A stretch of DNA of 63,494 bases, counting the filler, from Octopus bimaculoides (taxonomy: Eukaryota), in the NCBI RefSeq assembly GCF_001194135.2. It is 6 parts of 6 records of this genome, joined end to end, with 100 filler letters (N's around TTAATTAATTAA, not from the genome) between each part and the next. Parts side by side here need not be neighbours in the genome. Positions count along the whole stretch, not along the records: positions 44,687 to 53,935 come from NC_068982.1; positions 54,036 to 59,485 come from NC_068987.1; positions 59,586 to 63,494 come from NC_068986.1; 3 more parts are not named here. One strand, given 5' to 3'. The notes below the pieces were generated by a model that did not search any database, was not told the origin of the DNA, and was given only the letters and a program-made list of their open reading frames with translations. This document shows positions 50,960-63,303 of the stretch, one piece after another. A program made the translations under genes and the position numbers. The first letter of the stretch is position 1. Every line of letters starts with the position of its first letter.

Positions 50960-51578
50960 GGCACTGTCATGCTATTAGCTGTCAGAAGTGAAAGTGCTCA
51001 CTGCTAGTGAAGTATCTGTCTGTCTGCCTGCATGCTGGCCTGTCGATTCTTTGGCTACTGACAGCTAATACCATGACTGGCCGGAGCGAGCTATTGGCTT
51101 ACTTACTTACTGATATCTATCTACTATCTATCAATCACTCGTCCACCTTATTAGAAAACACAAATTTAATATAAAAACATATTTCCTGAAATTGCAAATT
51201 ATTTAAAATATAAAAATATAATTTTCAACAGAGAGAATTTATCAAAATAGAAAACAAATGAAGTTTGAAGTTTAAAAATAATAGGATCGACCACTCACGA
51301 CTAGCTAGCGCGGACGCGAGTACCATTATACTCTGTGTTGTGTTTTCAAACGCATGGATATAGGTGTCAAATTTGTTCCAATAACTTTCGAGTAATAGAT
51401 ACATAGATAGAGAGAGACAGGCAGACAGACAGACATATAGCTCGCTCCGGCCAGTCATGGTATTAGCTGTCAGTAGCCAAAGAATCGACAGGCCAGCAAC
51501 AGGCATGCAGGCAGACAGACAGATACTTCACTAGCAGTGAGCACTTTCACTTCTGACAGCTAATAGCATGACAGTGCC
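50960..51578. mobile_element. Merlin-type MITE, 135/142-bp TIRs, perfect 8-bp TSD
   Basis: TSD CAAAATCC (50952-50959 and 51579-51586); termini GGCAC...GTGCC; TIRs 50960-51094 and 51437-51578 differ only by a 7-bp indel. Confidence 0.8.
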
Positions 51579-52450
51579 CAAAATCCTAAACCCTAAACAC
51601 CGCGTGTACGTATTCATTACTTTCGCTTTCATTGGCTGCTTCCATATTTCTCATAAAACACAAAGTACTATTATGCTGCCTGAAAAGTATAGAAATACCA
51701 CGCTATGTGTTTCAGCACGTAGAGAGTAGTGGGTGACGCAATGTATTGTTAAGTTTTGGATAAACTAGATACAATTTCTCTTCATGGAAGGCATGAATAT
51801 AACATTATACTGAATCCCTTCTATTTCTAACATCCATGCCTGTCTATCTACTTCACAAAACAGACTTCAATGACAAAGAAAATTATAGTAACAATATTAG
51901 AAAAGAAAGCGATATCAATACTAGGCTTTTTAAAATATATTCAATGAAAGCAGAAGAAAAAGCATTAACGTATTTAAAATAATGATAACGAACGGTTTCA
52001 GTAATTCACAAATTCAATGCCCAATATATAATCATTTCCAGGAATGCAACATAAAGATGAAAAGGAAAGGCAGTCCTACCAGTATTTGAAACATGAACCG
52101 AAACTATAGTGAAACATTTAGGGTGACAAACGACTCCAAAGGCCAGTAACATTTAACAAAAATACATATGTATATATAAAAGTCAATCGTATATTTCAAG
52201 AATACCGTATCACAATGTTAGGTTCGTTTATAATTGAATAACAAAAATAAATACCTTTGGCAATCAATGAGTTAGACAGGATATCATAATAAATGTTTTC
52301 CTATACCGAAACGGCATGGTTTTGATCAAACCAACAATTCTAAGTCGTTACATTTAATTGGCTGAGAGTAATTTTTTCTGACTAATCACGTCTCACTTTA
52401 CACTGCAAGTCGGTAGTGTTTTCGGAATACTTTTCATTAAGTTTGGAACC

Positions 52451-52529
52451 ATGTCAACTCCTTTGACATTTGCAGGAAAGTTGAACGTGCGTCCTCCGGA
52501 GAAAGGCAGCTTCCCTTTAGATCATGAAG
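52451..52529 (+). CDS. COX19: Cytochrome c oxidase assembly factor COX19, coding exon 1
   Basis: AACC|ATG start; MSTPLTFAGKLNVRPPEKGSFPLDHEG carries the COX19 signature PP(E/D)KGSFPLDH; phase-1 donor AAG|GTAGTG. The twin-CX9C exon was not found in the window. Confidence 0.9.
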
Positions 52530-52933
52530 GTAGTGTATCTCAGGTCGATTAGTTATCTTGATTACTTTTACTTTAGTCAGTAATCCTCACCCGTGTACTA
52601 AATGTAAACATTAACAAACTCACTAACATTAATAAAAATTATCCTTACAATAAATAGGAAATAAAATTAAAGGTGAACATTTCATTGCCGTGTGGTGAAT
52701 TTGAGACTGACATTTTTCATGTAGGGCCCTTCTAATCTCTACTTCTCAGGACTCGCCAACTTTATGTGTATATTTCTTACAAGGCAATTTATTTGACACC
52801 GTGTATATAATCAAATGAGTTTATAACTGATTTCATACAAAGCTAGCCTACCAAGAAAAGTTCACAAATTACCAGATCATCAACAATGTGGAATTGGTGC
52901 TAAGAAATGTCTTCAGATGGCGACACTACTTAC

Positions 52934-53157
52934 CCATCTAAAAACATTTCAGGTACAAGCACATTAATAACAAAATGAAAGCCGAATGGCTCGTGTCCTT
53001 GAGAACGAAGATTCAAAGAAAAGGAAAAAAATGTATTCATACACCCCCTCGTCACCGCATCCCGCTGTCTAAAAGTGAAAATGAACAGCTTCTGTGTTTG
53101 TGTGTGCTCGTGCGAATGAACAGAGAAGAGGGGAAGTACAAAAGGAAGTCTTGCCAC
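52934..53157 (-). other. Candidate non-coding first exon of the minus-strand gene (within COX19 intron 1)
   Basis: Perfect GATGG|GTAAGT donor at 52933; non-repetitive, UTR-like, CpG-containing; linkage to 50138 is inferred. Confidence 0.35.
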
Positions 53158-53559
53158 ACGATATTCAATAATGTTTCTCTTCTTTATTCAGAAAGAATAA
53201 AAACTTCATGGGACTTCGTTCATGTGTACCCCCCCCCCAAAAAAAAAACCTTTATATATTCGGAATCTACATGATATAATAAATATTCGTAGAAAATTTC
53301 ATAAAAAAATATCCATTTTTCTGAAAGTTATGATCATCCAAAGTCGGTGGGGCAGAGATCTGTAGTTATGCCTGGATTTTAAGTGCATAGTGCCCACAAA
53401 ATTGACCACAATCGCTCCAGAGAAGGAAAGATAAGTTTTTTTGTAAAACAGATACCCCAGATCATTTCCAAGGGCACCGTGAAAAGAAATCTGAAAAATC
53501 TCCGTCAAAACGGAGAAATTCCGACTTGTTGGTGCTTCCTAACTCCGAAGTCAGTTTAT

Positions 53560-53890
53560 ATATGCATGTGTTTGTGTTTGACACCCTGTCACCGCTTATA
53601 ACCGCTGTTGCTGTACATTATTTACAATGGAGAGATAGGTGACCTCATCGTGTTTGTTATCACAACGTTTCGGCTAATGTACTCTCCAGCCTTCGTCATG
53701 TGTTCTGGTGGAATTTCGAACCCAACCCTTTATTTGACTGATGTTGCGGTGTTCACATCTCCATAACGTAGCGGTTCGGCAAAAAAACAAAAAACAAACA
53801 AACAATAGAATAAGTACGAGGCTTCAAAAATAAGTGGTCGTTTCGTTCGACTAAAGCTCTTCAAGGCGGTGCTCCAGCGTGGCCGCATTC
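53560..53890 (+). mobile_element. SINE 3' half interrupted by a Penelope pseudo-LTR-like fragment
   Basis: SINE parts CACCGCTT...ACCG and GTAACGTAGCGGTTCGGCAAAA-like...GGCGGTGCTCCAGC flank an insert whose minus strand reads ATGACGAAGGCT...AGCCGAAACGTTG. Confidence 0.55.
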
Positions 53891-54080
53891 GGCAAGACTT
53901 CCGCCCGTCCCCACCAAAAAAAAACCCGTTAAAAGNNNNNNNNNNNNNNNNNNNNNNNNNNNNNNNNNNNNNNNNNNNNTTAATTAATTAANNNNNNNNN
54001 NNNNNNNNNNNNNNNNNNNNNNNNNNNNNNNNNNNTATAATACAAATATATAAAGAGCAGTATTACTCACGAACGGTAAC

Positions 54081-54757
54081 AATATTTGAGTACAAATTTA
54101 TGTTTATAAAAAAAAACATATATAATAAGAGATAATAACTTTCTTTATCAAAACATGCTATGAGGATAAAAATAAACCTTCTGTATGTTATACAAACAAA
54201 ATTTCCTACAACTATCATGGTTTTAGGGATTGTCAGTAACGAAGGACTTGTCATGCTTACTTACTTCTTTCCACAAGGCCTTAGAGTTAATTCTGTCGCC
54301 TACATTGAGATCCTAGAAACAATTGTTACGCCCTGGATAGACAGTGTATGCAATGGAAGGCCATATGCACTATTACACATGCCTCTAGTAGTACAAGAAT
54401 AGATGCCTCTAGTAGCACAGGAATGGAAACTTTTCATCATCACATAATCACCTAACATTTGGCCTCCTAATTCCTCAGATCTCAGTCCATTGAACCATTA
54501 TATGTGGAGCGTTGTTGAGAAAGAGGTCAATGAACACGCCCATAACACCAAAGATTCATTGAAAGCTGCCATATTCAGATTAATAACCAAAATGAACCAG
54601 GACCACTTGATTCGAGCATGTAGATGATTTAGATCTCGTACAGAAGGTTTAATTGTATCCTCATAGCATGTTTTGATAAATAAAGTTATTATCTGTTATT
54701 ATATATCTATTCTTTTTTATAAACATAAATCTGTCCTCAAATATCTTACGCACCCTG
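54081..54757 (+). mobile_element. Internally deleted Tc1/mariner element of maT (DD37D)-like type with ~90-100-bp TIRs
   Basis: KFPTTIMVLGIVSNEG...WPPNSSDLSPLNHYMWSVVE; 54081-54168 inverts 54656-54744; right end TTACGCACCCTG|TA. Confidence 0.75.
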
Positions 54758-54913
54758 TACGTACATAGATACANNNNNNNNNNNNNNNNNNNNNNNNNNN
54801 NNNNNNNNNNNNNNNNNNNNNNNNNNNNNNNNNNNNNNNNNNNNNNNNNNNNNNNNNNNNNNNNNNNNNNNNNNNNNNNNNNNNNNNNNNNNNNNNNNNN
54901 NNNNNNNNNNNNN

Positions 54914-54995
<82 letters not shown>

Positions 54996-56011
54996 TAATT
55001 ATTCCATTATAATTATGATATATATATATATATATACACATACACACATATAACACTGCATCAAAACGTTTCTTTCGTACAGCCAGAAAATCCGCTGAGT
55101 ACTTCTGCATTTGAGCTTAGCTAGTTCTTTTCCTAACCAGTAAGAAAATACTGACTTATAGCTCTGGTGTATTTATCCTTCTTTTTTAAAAGTCACAATT
55201 AGACACTTGCACAATGATTTTTCTGGTCCCTTAGGATATATTTTCTTTTTCATAACATTCTTCGGCTTGCTATATCAATCACAACAGCACTCAGGTTATT
55301 ATTAACGTTTCATGCAGCCGGCATCACCAGATAATTGTTCTCATTCAACATTTTTTTATTATAGTCGTCTAGCGATACGTTGTTCAGAGAAAAACAACAA
55401 AAATCCTACACACTCATCAATTAATCTAAAATCTAGAACTCATGTAATAAACATGCATTACTGATGGCGTCAGTTAATACCGAAAAATGTCTGCTGATTT
55501 CATAGCAGTGATAAAGTTCAAACTCAATCTCCATTGTATTTCCATAGTTAATAAATTTTAATTTATATTATTTTAGAGTAGTCTTAATTTCTTCTTGTTA
55601 GTTAATGACCAAAATAAAGTCATTTATGTAATGATTATTGTCATCGATAAGGCTATAATTTATATTAATTAAAATTTCGTACATGAAATTTGTTAGCATC
55701 TTGTGTATTATATATCGTTTAAACATACACTCGGAAACGACTAAATTGGGCTGCTCTAATTTTGATAAAAGTACAAGCGTTGGCAACGTGATCTAACTAA
55801 TCAATGGATACCATTTAAGGCCATCTAAGTTTGTGTATTTCATGAAAAGTTAGATAATAAGAGAATTTAGGGAGAGCTGAACAGTAAAGAATCTCCAGAG
55901 GGGAAGCACTTCTTTTATGCAAATATTTCGATTCGCCTTGCGACAGATAGATGAGTAATTTTGGCCCTGAATCCTCACCTGTAACTAAAATATCTGAGTA
56001 ACCAAGATGGG

Positions 56012-56132
<121 letters not shown>

Positions 56133-56329
56133 AGATCTAACGGGAAACTGTTGAGTCTGTCTGATTGCTACTACAGATGATGCGGTACTAGTAGCCCGCT
56201 TGAAAAAGTATGGTATATGGATAGCCTCATAGGGAGACTCAGAATAGCCTGTCAAAAGTTGGGTTTGACAGTTAGACTAAAAAAGAAGAAATTCCTGTGT
56301 ACTGTAATGAGCATTCGTTTACTATTACC

Positions 56330-56800
56330 ATAAACATGTTCGAGTCCACATATTTCTGCTCTATTATCCCGTAGAATCTCGAAGAGCAGCCTCAACACGA
56401 GAACAACCTTAACAACGAGAGTCTGAGAGAACATTAGTGTTGAAGTTTAGAGAGCTAGCATTCTCATCACATTCCTTATAGATAATGAAACCTGGAGTTT
56501 TTACTTCAGAAAAAAGCGACTTCTCAATACTCTCCTACGCAACATGAGACGAATTGTGGGCATGAAGGGAACTGAACAATTCGAAAACGATGAGAACCTG
56601 GCTCATGTGAAGATACTCTTCTGTCTCATCCTACTACAACACGAATATCCTCGCTTGTTGAACGACATGCCCAGCATATTTAAGGGAAGGAGGTCTAGAA
56701 AAAATTGTAATATGGGAAACTGTGTTGACAACATCTTTCGTTTCAAGAATATCTGCAAGAGAGCCATGAGGTTTCTTTACACGCTCATTGAAAGCTAGGA
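56330..56800 (+). mobile_element. Old RTE LINE 3' relic
   Basis: Degenerate ...ITFLIDNETWSFY...RNMRRIVGMKGTEQFENDENL corresponds to the RTE motifs LLYxxETW and RxLRRILGI. Confidence 0.5.
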
Positions 56801-56954
56801 GGACATTGCATATAAAATAAAACACACACCTATACGCGCGCGGGTGCACATATACACACACTCATATGTGTGTATAAACTTATACATATATATTTCTATA
56901 TTTATATATACACATGTACATACATGCATACATACATCTGTATATATGTATAGA

Positions 56955-57008
<54 letters not shown>

Positions 57009-58779
57009 NNNNNNNNNNNNNNNNNNNNNNNNNNNNNNNNNNNNNNNNNNNNNNNNNNNNNNNNNNNNNNNNNNNNNNNNNNNNNNNNNNNNNNNNNNNN
57101 NNNNNNNNNNNNNNNNNNNNNNNNNNNNNNNNNNNNNNNNNNNNNNNNNNNNNNNNNNNNNNNNNNNNNNNNNNNNNNNNNNNNNNNNNNNNNNNNNNNN
57201 NNNNNNTATACATATACGCATACATAATTCTGTGCGTGTGGTTTTGTGTGTGTATAAGTGTATGATGATTTTTATATGGTAACCAGAAAAATCTCATAAC
57301 TAGAGATTATCCCAGTTAGCAATGGGAGGAATTGTAGAAAGCAAGTAATGGACAAAACTTTAGAATGTTAAACTACACAGGGCGGCTTAAGGTTGTATCA
57401 AGACATATATGACTTTATAATCCTACTTCCAAATACACTTGCATTAGACTACAGAAGCGCCTTTTATAAGAAAAATCAGAGCATTCCTATTTTATTTTAT
57501 TGAACTATAAAAAAAAGATAAACATAAAATATATGGTATAGCCATACGTACATACACACAGACCGAAAAATGGATAGACACATACACATACAGACATGCG
57601 TACACTCACTCAAATACATATATTGTGCCTGTGTGTGTAGATATGTATACATACATATTTGTATTGTATGTATATATATATATATAAGTATAGATACACA
57701 CAAATAATACTGCTTGTAAACGAAAGAGGAAAATAATAATCTATGTATTTTAAGAGAGATCTTGTACGCTACACGAGATTAAACCTTAAAGATGGACGAG
57801 CATGATAATCGAGATGCCAGATCATCAGTTTAAAGATTTAACTACTTACATACATTCACACACACATACACACACATACACACACTCACACACATACCGG
57901 TCTTACATTTGTTGTAGAACACACAAACATTCACATACACGGTCGTATATAATTTTTGATTTAATTCGGCGCATTACTCTAGCTCATAAATATTATGAAC
58001 TCTTTTTTTTTATACGTATTTCTTAATCTTATACGAGGCTGAATTGAAGAAAAGCTGCTGTACCTAAGATTCCTATTGAGGCAGAAATGCGTGTATATAA
58101 CCGTACCTTTTTGTTTTCAGAGATGTACCTTGATGGTATGTCAATTACTGACTATTATCTCCTCTTCTCATTTGGAATCAGCTGCTATTGTCACCAGCTA
58201 TTCAATTACCTTTCCATGAACCGAAGCTAGTTTAACTAAATCAAGAATTTATCTTAAACTAAAATTACGTCCTTGGCCACCATCACAAATTTCTTTCAGC
58301 TGATATTTTGGGTTTTTATATTCACACACAGACACACATACGCACAAACACACACACAAGTGTGTGTATATAGATATATGAAAAGGCATGTATTGTGAAG
58401 GTAGTGTATCTGTCATCGATCTTAAGGTAACTCCGAGTAGGATCAGATAGTAATCTCAGTGTAATGGTAAATAATTACCTCCTACAACGTATTGAGTTCT
58501 TTCTTTTTCTGGTTTGTAGAGTAGAACTGGTTTATTGATGCAAAAATATATTCACATGCAATTATAAATAAACCTATATTCATATATTCCAGATGGAATT
58601 TGAATTAAGAGAGTGATAGTTGGTGTCACTTTTTTGTACAGTAGAATCAAATAGTCGCAAATATTACGTTCATTTAAGTGGTAAACATTTTTCTGTGCTG
58701 CTTTGAAATATTGCGGTAGTGTCGACGATTTAGCACTGCACATTAACCACTAACATTAGTTTTAGATTGTGGAACAAGG

Positions 58780-58975
58780 CCAAATGGTTTGGGGGCAGGA
58801 GATTAGTTCGATTAAATCGACCCCAGTGTACAAGTGGTTCTTATTTTAACGACCCCGAAAGGATGAAAGTCAAAGTGTACATCGGCGGAATTTGAATTCA
58901 GAATGTAAAAACGGACGAAATGCTTAGCGGCATTTCCCGACGTGCTAACGATTCTGCCACATCGCCACCTTTACT
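58780..58975 (-). mobile_element. Near full-length SINE
   Basis: Reverse complement of the CTTTCATCCTTTCGGGGTCG core plus tRNA-like head (GCTAACGATTCTGCCAC). Confidence 0.8.
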
Positions 58976-59284
58976 CTACCTCTGGTATCATAAACATAAT
59001 TACTGGATAAATGGCAGATAATGAAAGAATGGCAAAAATAAGGATCAGAGCCGAATGACATTTGTCCATTAGACATATATATGTACATATATATATATAG
59101 GTCTAGTGAACTGGGAGGTATCTCTAAACTCCGAGTAGCATCAGATGATAATTTCAGCGCAATACTCCTTAATTCGTATTGATTACTTTTTCTTCTGGTT
59201 TGCAGATATGAGGTGGTGTATTGATACATCAATATATACACAAGCAATTATATGTATATACATCCATACACACACACACACACA

Positions 59285-59354
<70 letters not shown>

Positions 59355-59867
59355 CCATATGTGTTTATATATATATACACACAAACACGCTCACACACAC
59401 ATATGTATGTATGTATGTATATATTCAGTTATATATGTATTTGTATATATACGAAATTTGCGTTTCAAATGTTATATATATGCCTNNNNNNNNNNNNNNN
59501 NNNNNNNNNNNNNNNNNNNNNNNNNNNNNTTAATTAATTAANNNNNNNNNNNNNNNNNNNNNNNNNNNNNNNNNNNNNNNNNNNNGAGAGAGAGAGAGAG
59601 AGGTGGGGGGATTCAATGAATCAAACATTAAGCTCTCTACCAATTGTATAAGCAAAAATTACCACCTCAGCTGTTAGGGTAAACCTTAGCGTCGTTTTAA
59701 AGTCCAGGTGGTACAATATTGGAGAGAATGTATATAGATAGATCAGATAAAGGTGAGGTGTGCGAGTAGATGTTTATTCAATTCGTTTACGGCTGTTTCA
59801 TAATCTTGTTAGTTACTTAATAGATGTTACATAAAGATTAATACACATATGGAATATACATATAGAA

Positions 59868-59898
<31 letters not shown>

Positions 59899-61949
59899 AA
59901 CACACACACGTACATACATATGCGTGTGTATACACATATATAGAAGTGTACTGATATTGCAGCCAACAGACTAATCCTCAGAATTATTCATCGTGTTTGA
60001 AGACATCCAACCACCATGTATATATTCTGTGTATGTGTGTGTGTGCGTGCGCGCGCATGTATTTACTGTCTGTAGAAGTGTAGTATAGACCAACTTCAAA
60101 ATATTAATTCCCCCTCAAATACAAGATATTATAGCAGTGTTTGTTCCCTTGTAAGTATTTGGAGAATGTCTTTTGTTCTTCACATAAGGAATTTATCTGT
60201 GATTCTACCGCCGGTCACGCATTTACTTGCTTGTCAACCAAGTTACTCTGTCTCTGCAAATCTGGGTTGTATATATCATGTACTCGTCGCGAGTGTCAAA
60301 TCAAACAAAACAACCTTAAGTCGATGACAAAATAAACAATTTCCATCCTCGACCCTAGCTGACATTTTTTCTTGTTTATATCCTCCTGACACACACTAAA
60401 ACAAAATTCACATTAATTTGAGGCAAGCGGATAGACGTTTTATCAATTTTTCTATGTTTTTTTCGTTGTTTTTTTTTTGCTTCTACTGTTCATTTTCCTT
60501 AACTTTATTCTGTACTTTTAGTTCAAAGCATTGACATTTCGATTGCCTATAGTCATTAGACTGTATTACTATTCACGGTGGTAGATAATTTGTGAGATCG
60601 CTTTTCTAATAGATGTCAGCGGAACTGTTTTTATTTATTTATTCTGTTTAGCCGTCCGATTGCTGAGTAGAGAGAGAGTAGGCTTGCCACAGAGGAATAA
60701 ATCTTCATTTGCTTAGTGTCATTAGAGCAGAGAATCGTCTTGTTAACTTCTCAGCTCAGATTATTGCATTCTACAATTTAGCGTATTTTAACGCTAAGAG
60801 ACCTTCAGCTCTCTTAGTCATTTTTCTTCTTCTCTGCATATACTTAATGTACACAAATATTATATTATGAATAATCATGAATCCTAGCTGGATTGTCACT
60901 TATGGTCGTCAAATTAAAAAAGCAATTTTTAGTTGCATTTCAGTGAGTTTGAATAAGAGTATCAATAGATGAATTTTAGAGGGAACAAGTAGCAGGTTGT
61001 ATTAATTGATTTCCTAAAGTATTCATCGGATTAGTGAACACCATTTTCAGAAATGATCGCCGAAGGTATCTAGCTACAGCTTAATGACATGAATACATTT
61101 CCCAAGAATACGTTTTGCATGAGCAACATCTAGAAAGTGTCATTTAAAATACTTAATGCAGTGAGGCTAAAACAAATTTACTCAATGAAAATTACACAAG
61201 TAATGAAAAGGAAAAAAAAAACCACTGCTTCTCAAGGAAGTCAGAGAAGACGCCTCCAGATTTAACATTGATTAAACAGTGAATAATAACATGTATGCTG
61301 CATTTTGTGTTTGTGTCTTGTATTTTTCTTTCACCAGACTAGTTGCTAACACTAATGCTTTTCCCTTTCATTACGGCTGTTCTCTTCCTTGCTAGCCTTT
61401 AGTTCACTAATTGTTTTTTTCTTCTCTCTTTCTGATGAAGAAATAATCTCCAAAACGTTAGACTACGCTCTTTGTCTCTCAGAAGCGTTAAGCTAATACC
61501 TTATTTATTCTTTCTGTGCTTTCTTTGTAATGTTTACTGTTTTTAAACTACATACATATATGAACACACATATAGAATAGCATCGAAGAGTCCTCAACAC
61601 CGCTTTTAGTAGACAAATGTTCTTAATTTGTGGATTAGCGGAGCTATCAATTGTTTCATGCGGGAAAATTCCACAATTCAACTTAAGCATTCAACTTAAG
61701 AATGTTGGTAATTACCTCCATTTTAGATAGGACTACGTGAATTTTCACGAGATTATACGAAGCTTCAAAATTAACTGATACACAGATAAGGGGAAACAAC
61801 TCACATGGGGACTAATTTGTTATTTCCTCTGCATGGGCCTTGGGTTTATTCAAGTATGTGCGCTCAACACAGATAATTAATTACATTATACGAAAACATT
61901 TCACGCGTACCAATAGATATAGACAACAGTAGAAGGATTCTTCCCTGAT

Positions 61950-62091
61950 GTTCAAAATTTTTGATGTTGAATTTCTCTGCAAAATAGAGGTTGCGTCCGT
62001 TGCAACATCCCTTATATTTGTTGAACTTAGCAATGGTGCTCCGGTTTATTTGGGATTTGTCCTTGTACCTCTCTTTAAGTTTCCATACCAT
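61950..62091 (-). mobile_element. Penelope-like GIY-YIG C-terminal relic
   Basis: VWKLKE...INRSTIAK...Y.G...NLYFAEKFNI resembles the PLE endonuclease tail HIWxLK...IxWSI...CxLCxxEK. Confidence 0.45.
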
Positions 62092-62935
62092 ATTGGATAA
62101 AGATGCTACATATCTTTCATTCTTATCTCTAAACTAAATCATGTGTTGCGTGTATCTTTTCTCCGGAGTATTTCCAATTATTCAGTGATATTAGACGAAT
62201 TCCACCACCAAAGATATATACGAAAAGAAACACGCACACACATACACACACACATATATGGTGAAAGAATGCATATGCGAATATAGGTTTTCTTCAATTG
62301 ACCCAGGGTTGTTTCGAAATGCTACAGCAGCAATATAGTTCGAGAGTTGATGGGTTATGAATGTTATATATTTTAACGGTCTCTGTAGTTGCTGGTGAAG
62401 CACAAGTAAACTTGAAAAATGTTTCGATTCTCGGTTGAATCATTTTTAGTTGGGCTATGGCAATATCGCCCTTGGGAAATGTATAAACTTCACAACTTCT
62501 CAGTTTTCTTTTTCTTAAATGTCAGAGTTATTTTGGCTCGTAAAAAAACTAAATCGTCATTATCATACTCATCATCGGCCGCCGTCAACATTATGATCAT
62601 CATCGTTTTATGATACAAGTTACATCTGCCTTAAGTTTATTTCCGCAATATGTTTGCTATATTATGTGTGCTTATCAGTTGAGGAATTACAACAGAACAA
62701 GTGAAAGGTTTCATTGCGTCAGAAGGAGGGAGGAAGAGATAGGGTGTGTCTATGTATGTGTGTTGTGTGCGTGTGTGGAAAAGATAGAGAAGTAGTTTGC
62801 AAGCATGGCATTTACGTTCAAAACGGCTTCCATTGTAAATTAAATAGAAGAGCAAAGAAAAAAGAGAAAAAAACTAACAAAGTGCGAGACGGATAGTGTG
62901 AGAGAAAGGGGAGGAGAGAGTGGGGATGGAGGGAG

Positions 62936-63020
62936 AGAAGAAGAAGAAGAAGAAGAAGAAGAAGAAGAAGAAGAAGAAGAAGAAGAAGAAGAAGAAGAAG
63001 AAGAAGAAGAAGAAGAAGAA
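62936..63020. repeat. (GAA)n microsatellite, ~28 units
   Basis: Direct inspection. Confidence 0.95.
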
Positions 63021-63154
63021 ATTTTTAGTTATCACGAGTGGTGAGAGATACAGTGGAAAACAATAAAGCTTGTTTTCTAGCAGAATATGGAGGAAATGAG
63101 TAAATACGGTTATTACAACAAAAGTTGTATTCGCATTTGTGAGCATTTGCTTGC

Positions 63155-63303
63155 ATACATACGCACGTATATACATACATACATGCATACATACATACAT
63201 ACATACATACATACATACATAATACATACATACATACATACATACATACATGCATACATAATACATACATACATACATACATACATACATACATACATAC
63301 ATA
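63155..63303. repeat. (ATAC)n microsatellite
   Basis: Direct inspection. Confidence 0.9.

Noticed and set aside
58395-58411. TGAAGGTAGTGTATCT match to the COX19 exon1/intron junction, as a partial duplicate
   Set aside because: Only ~16 bp with no flanking homology; compatible with chance.
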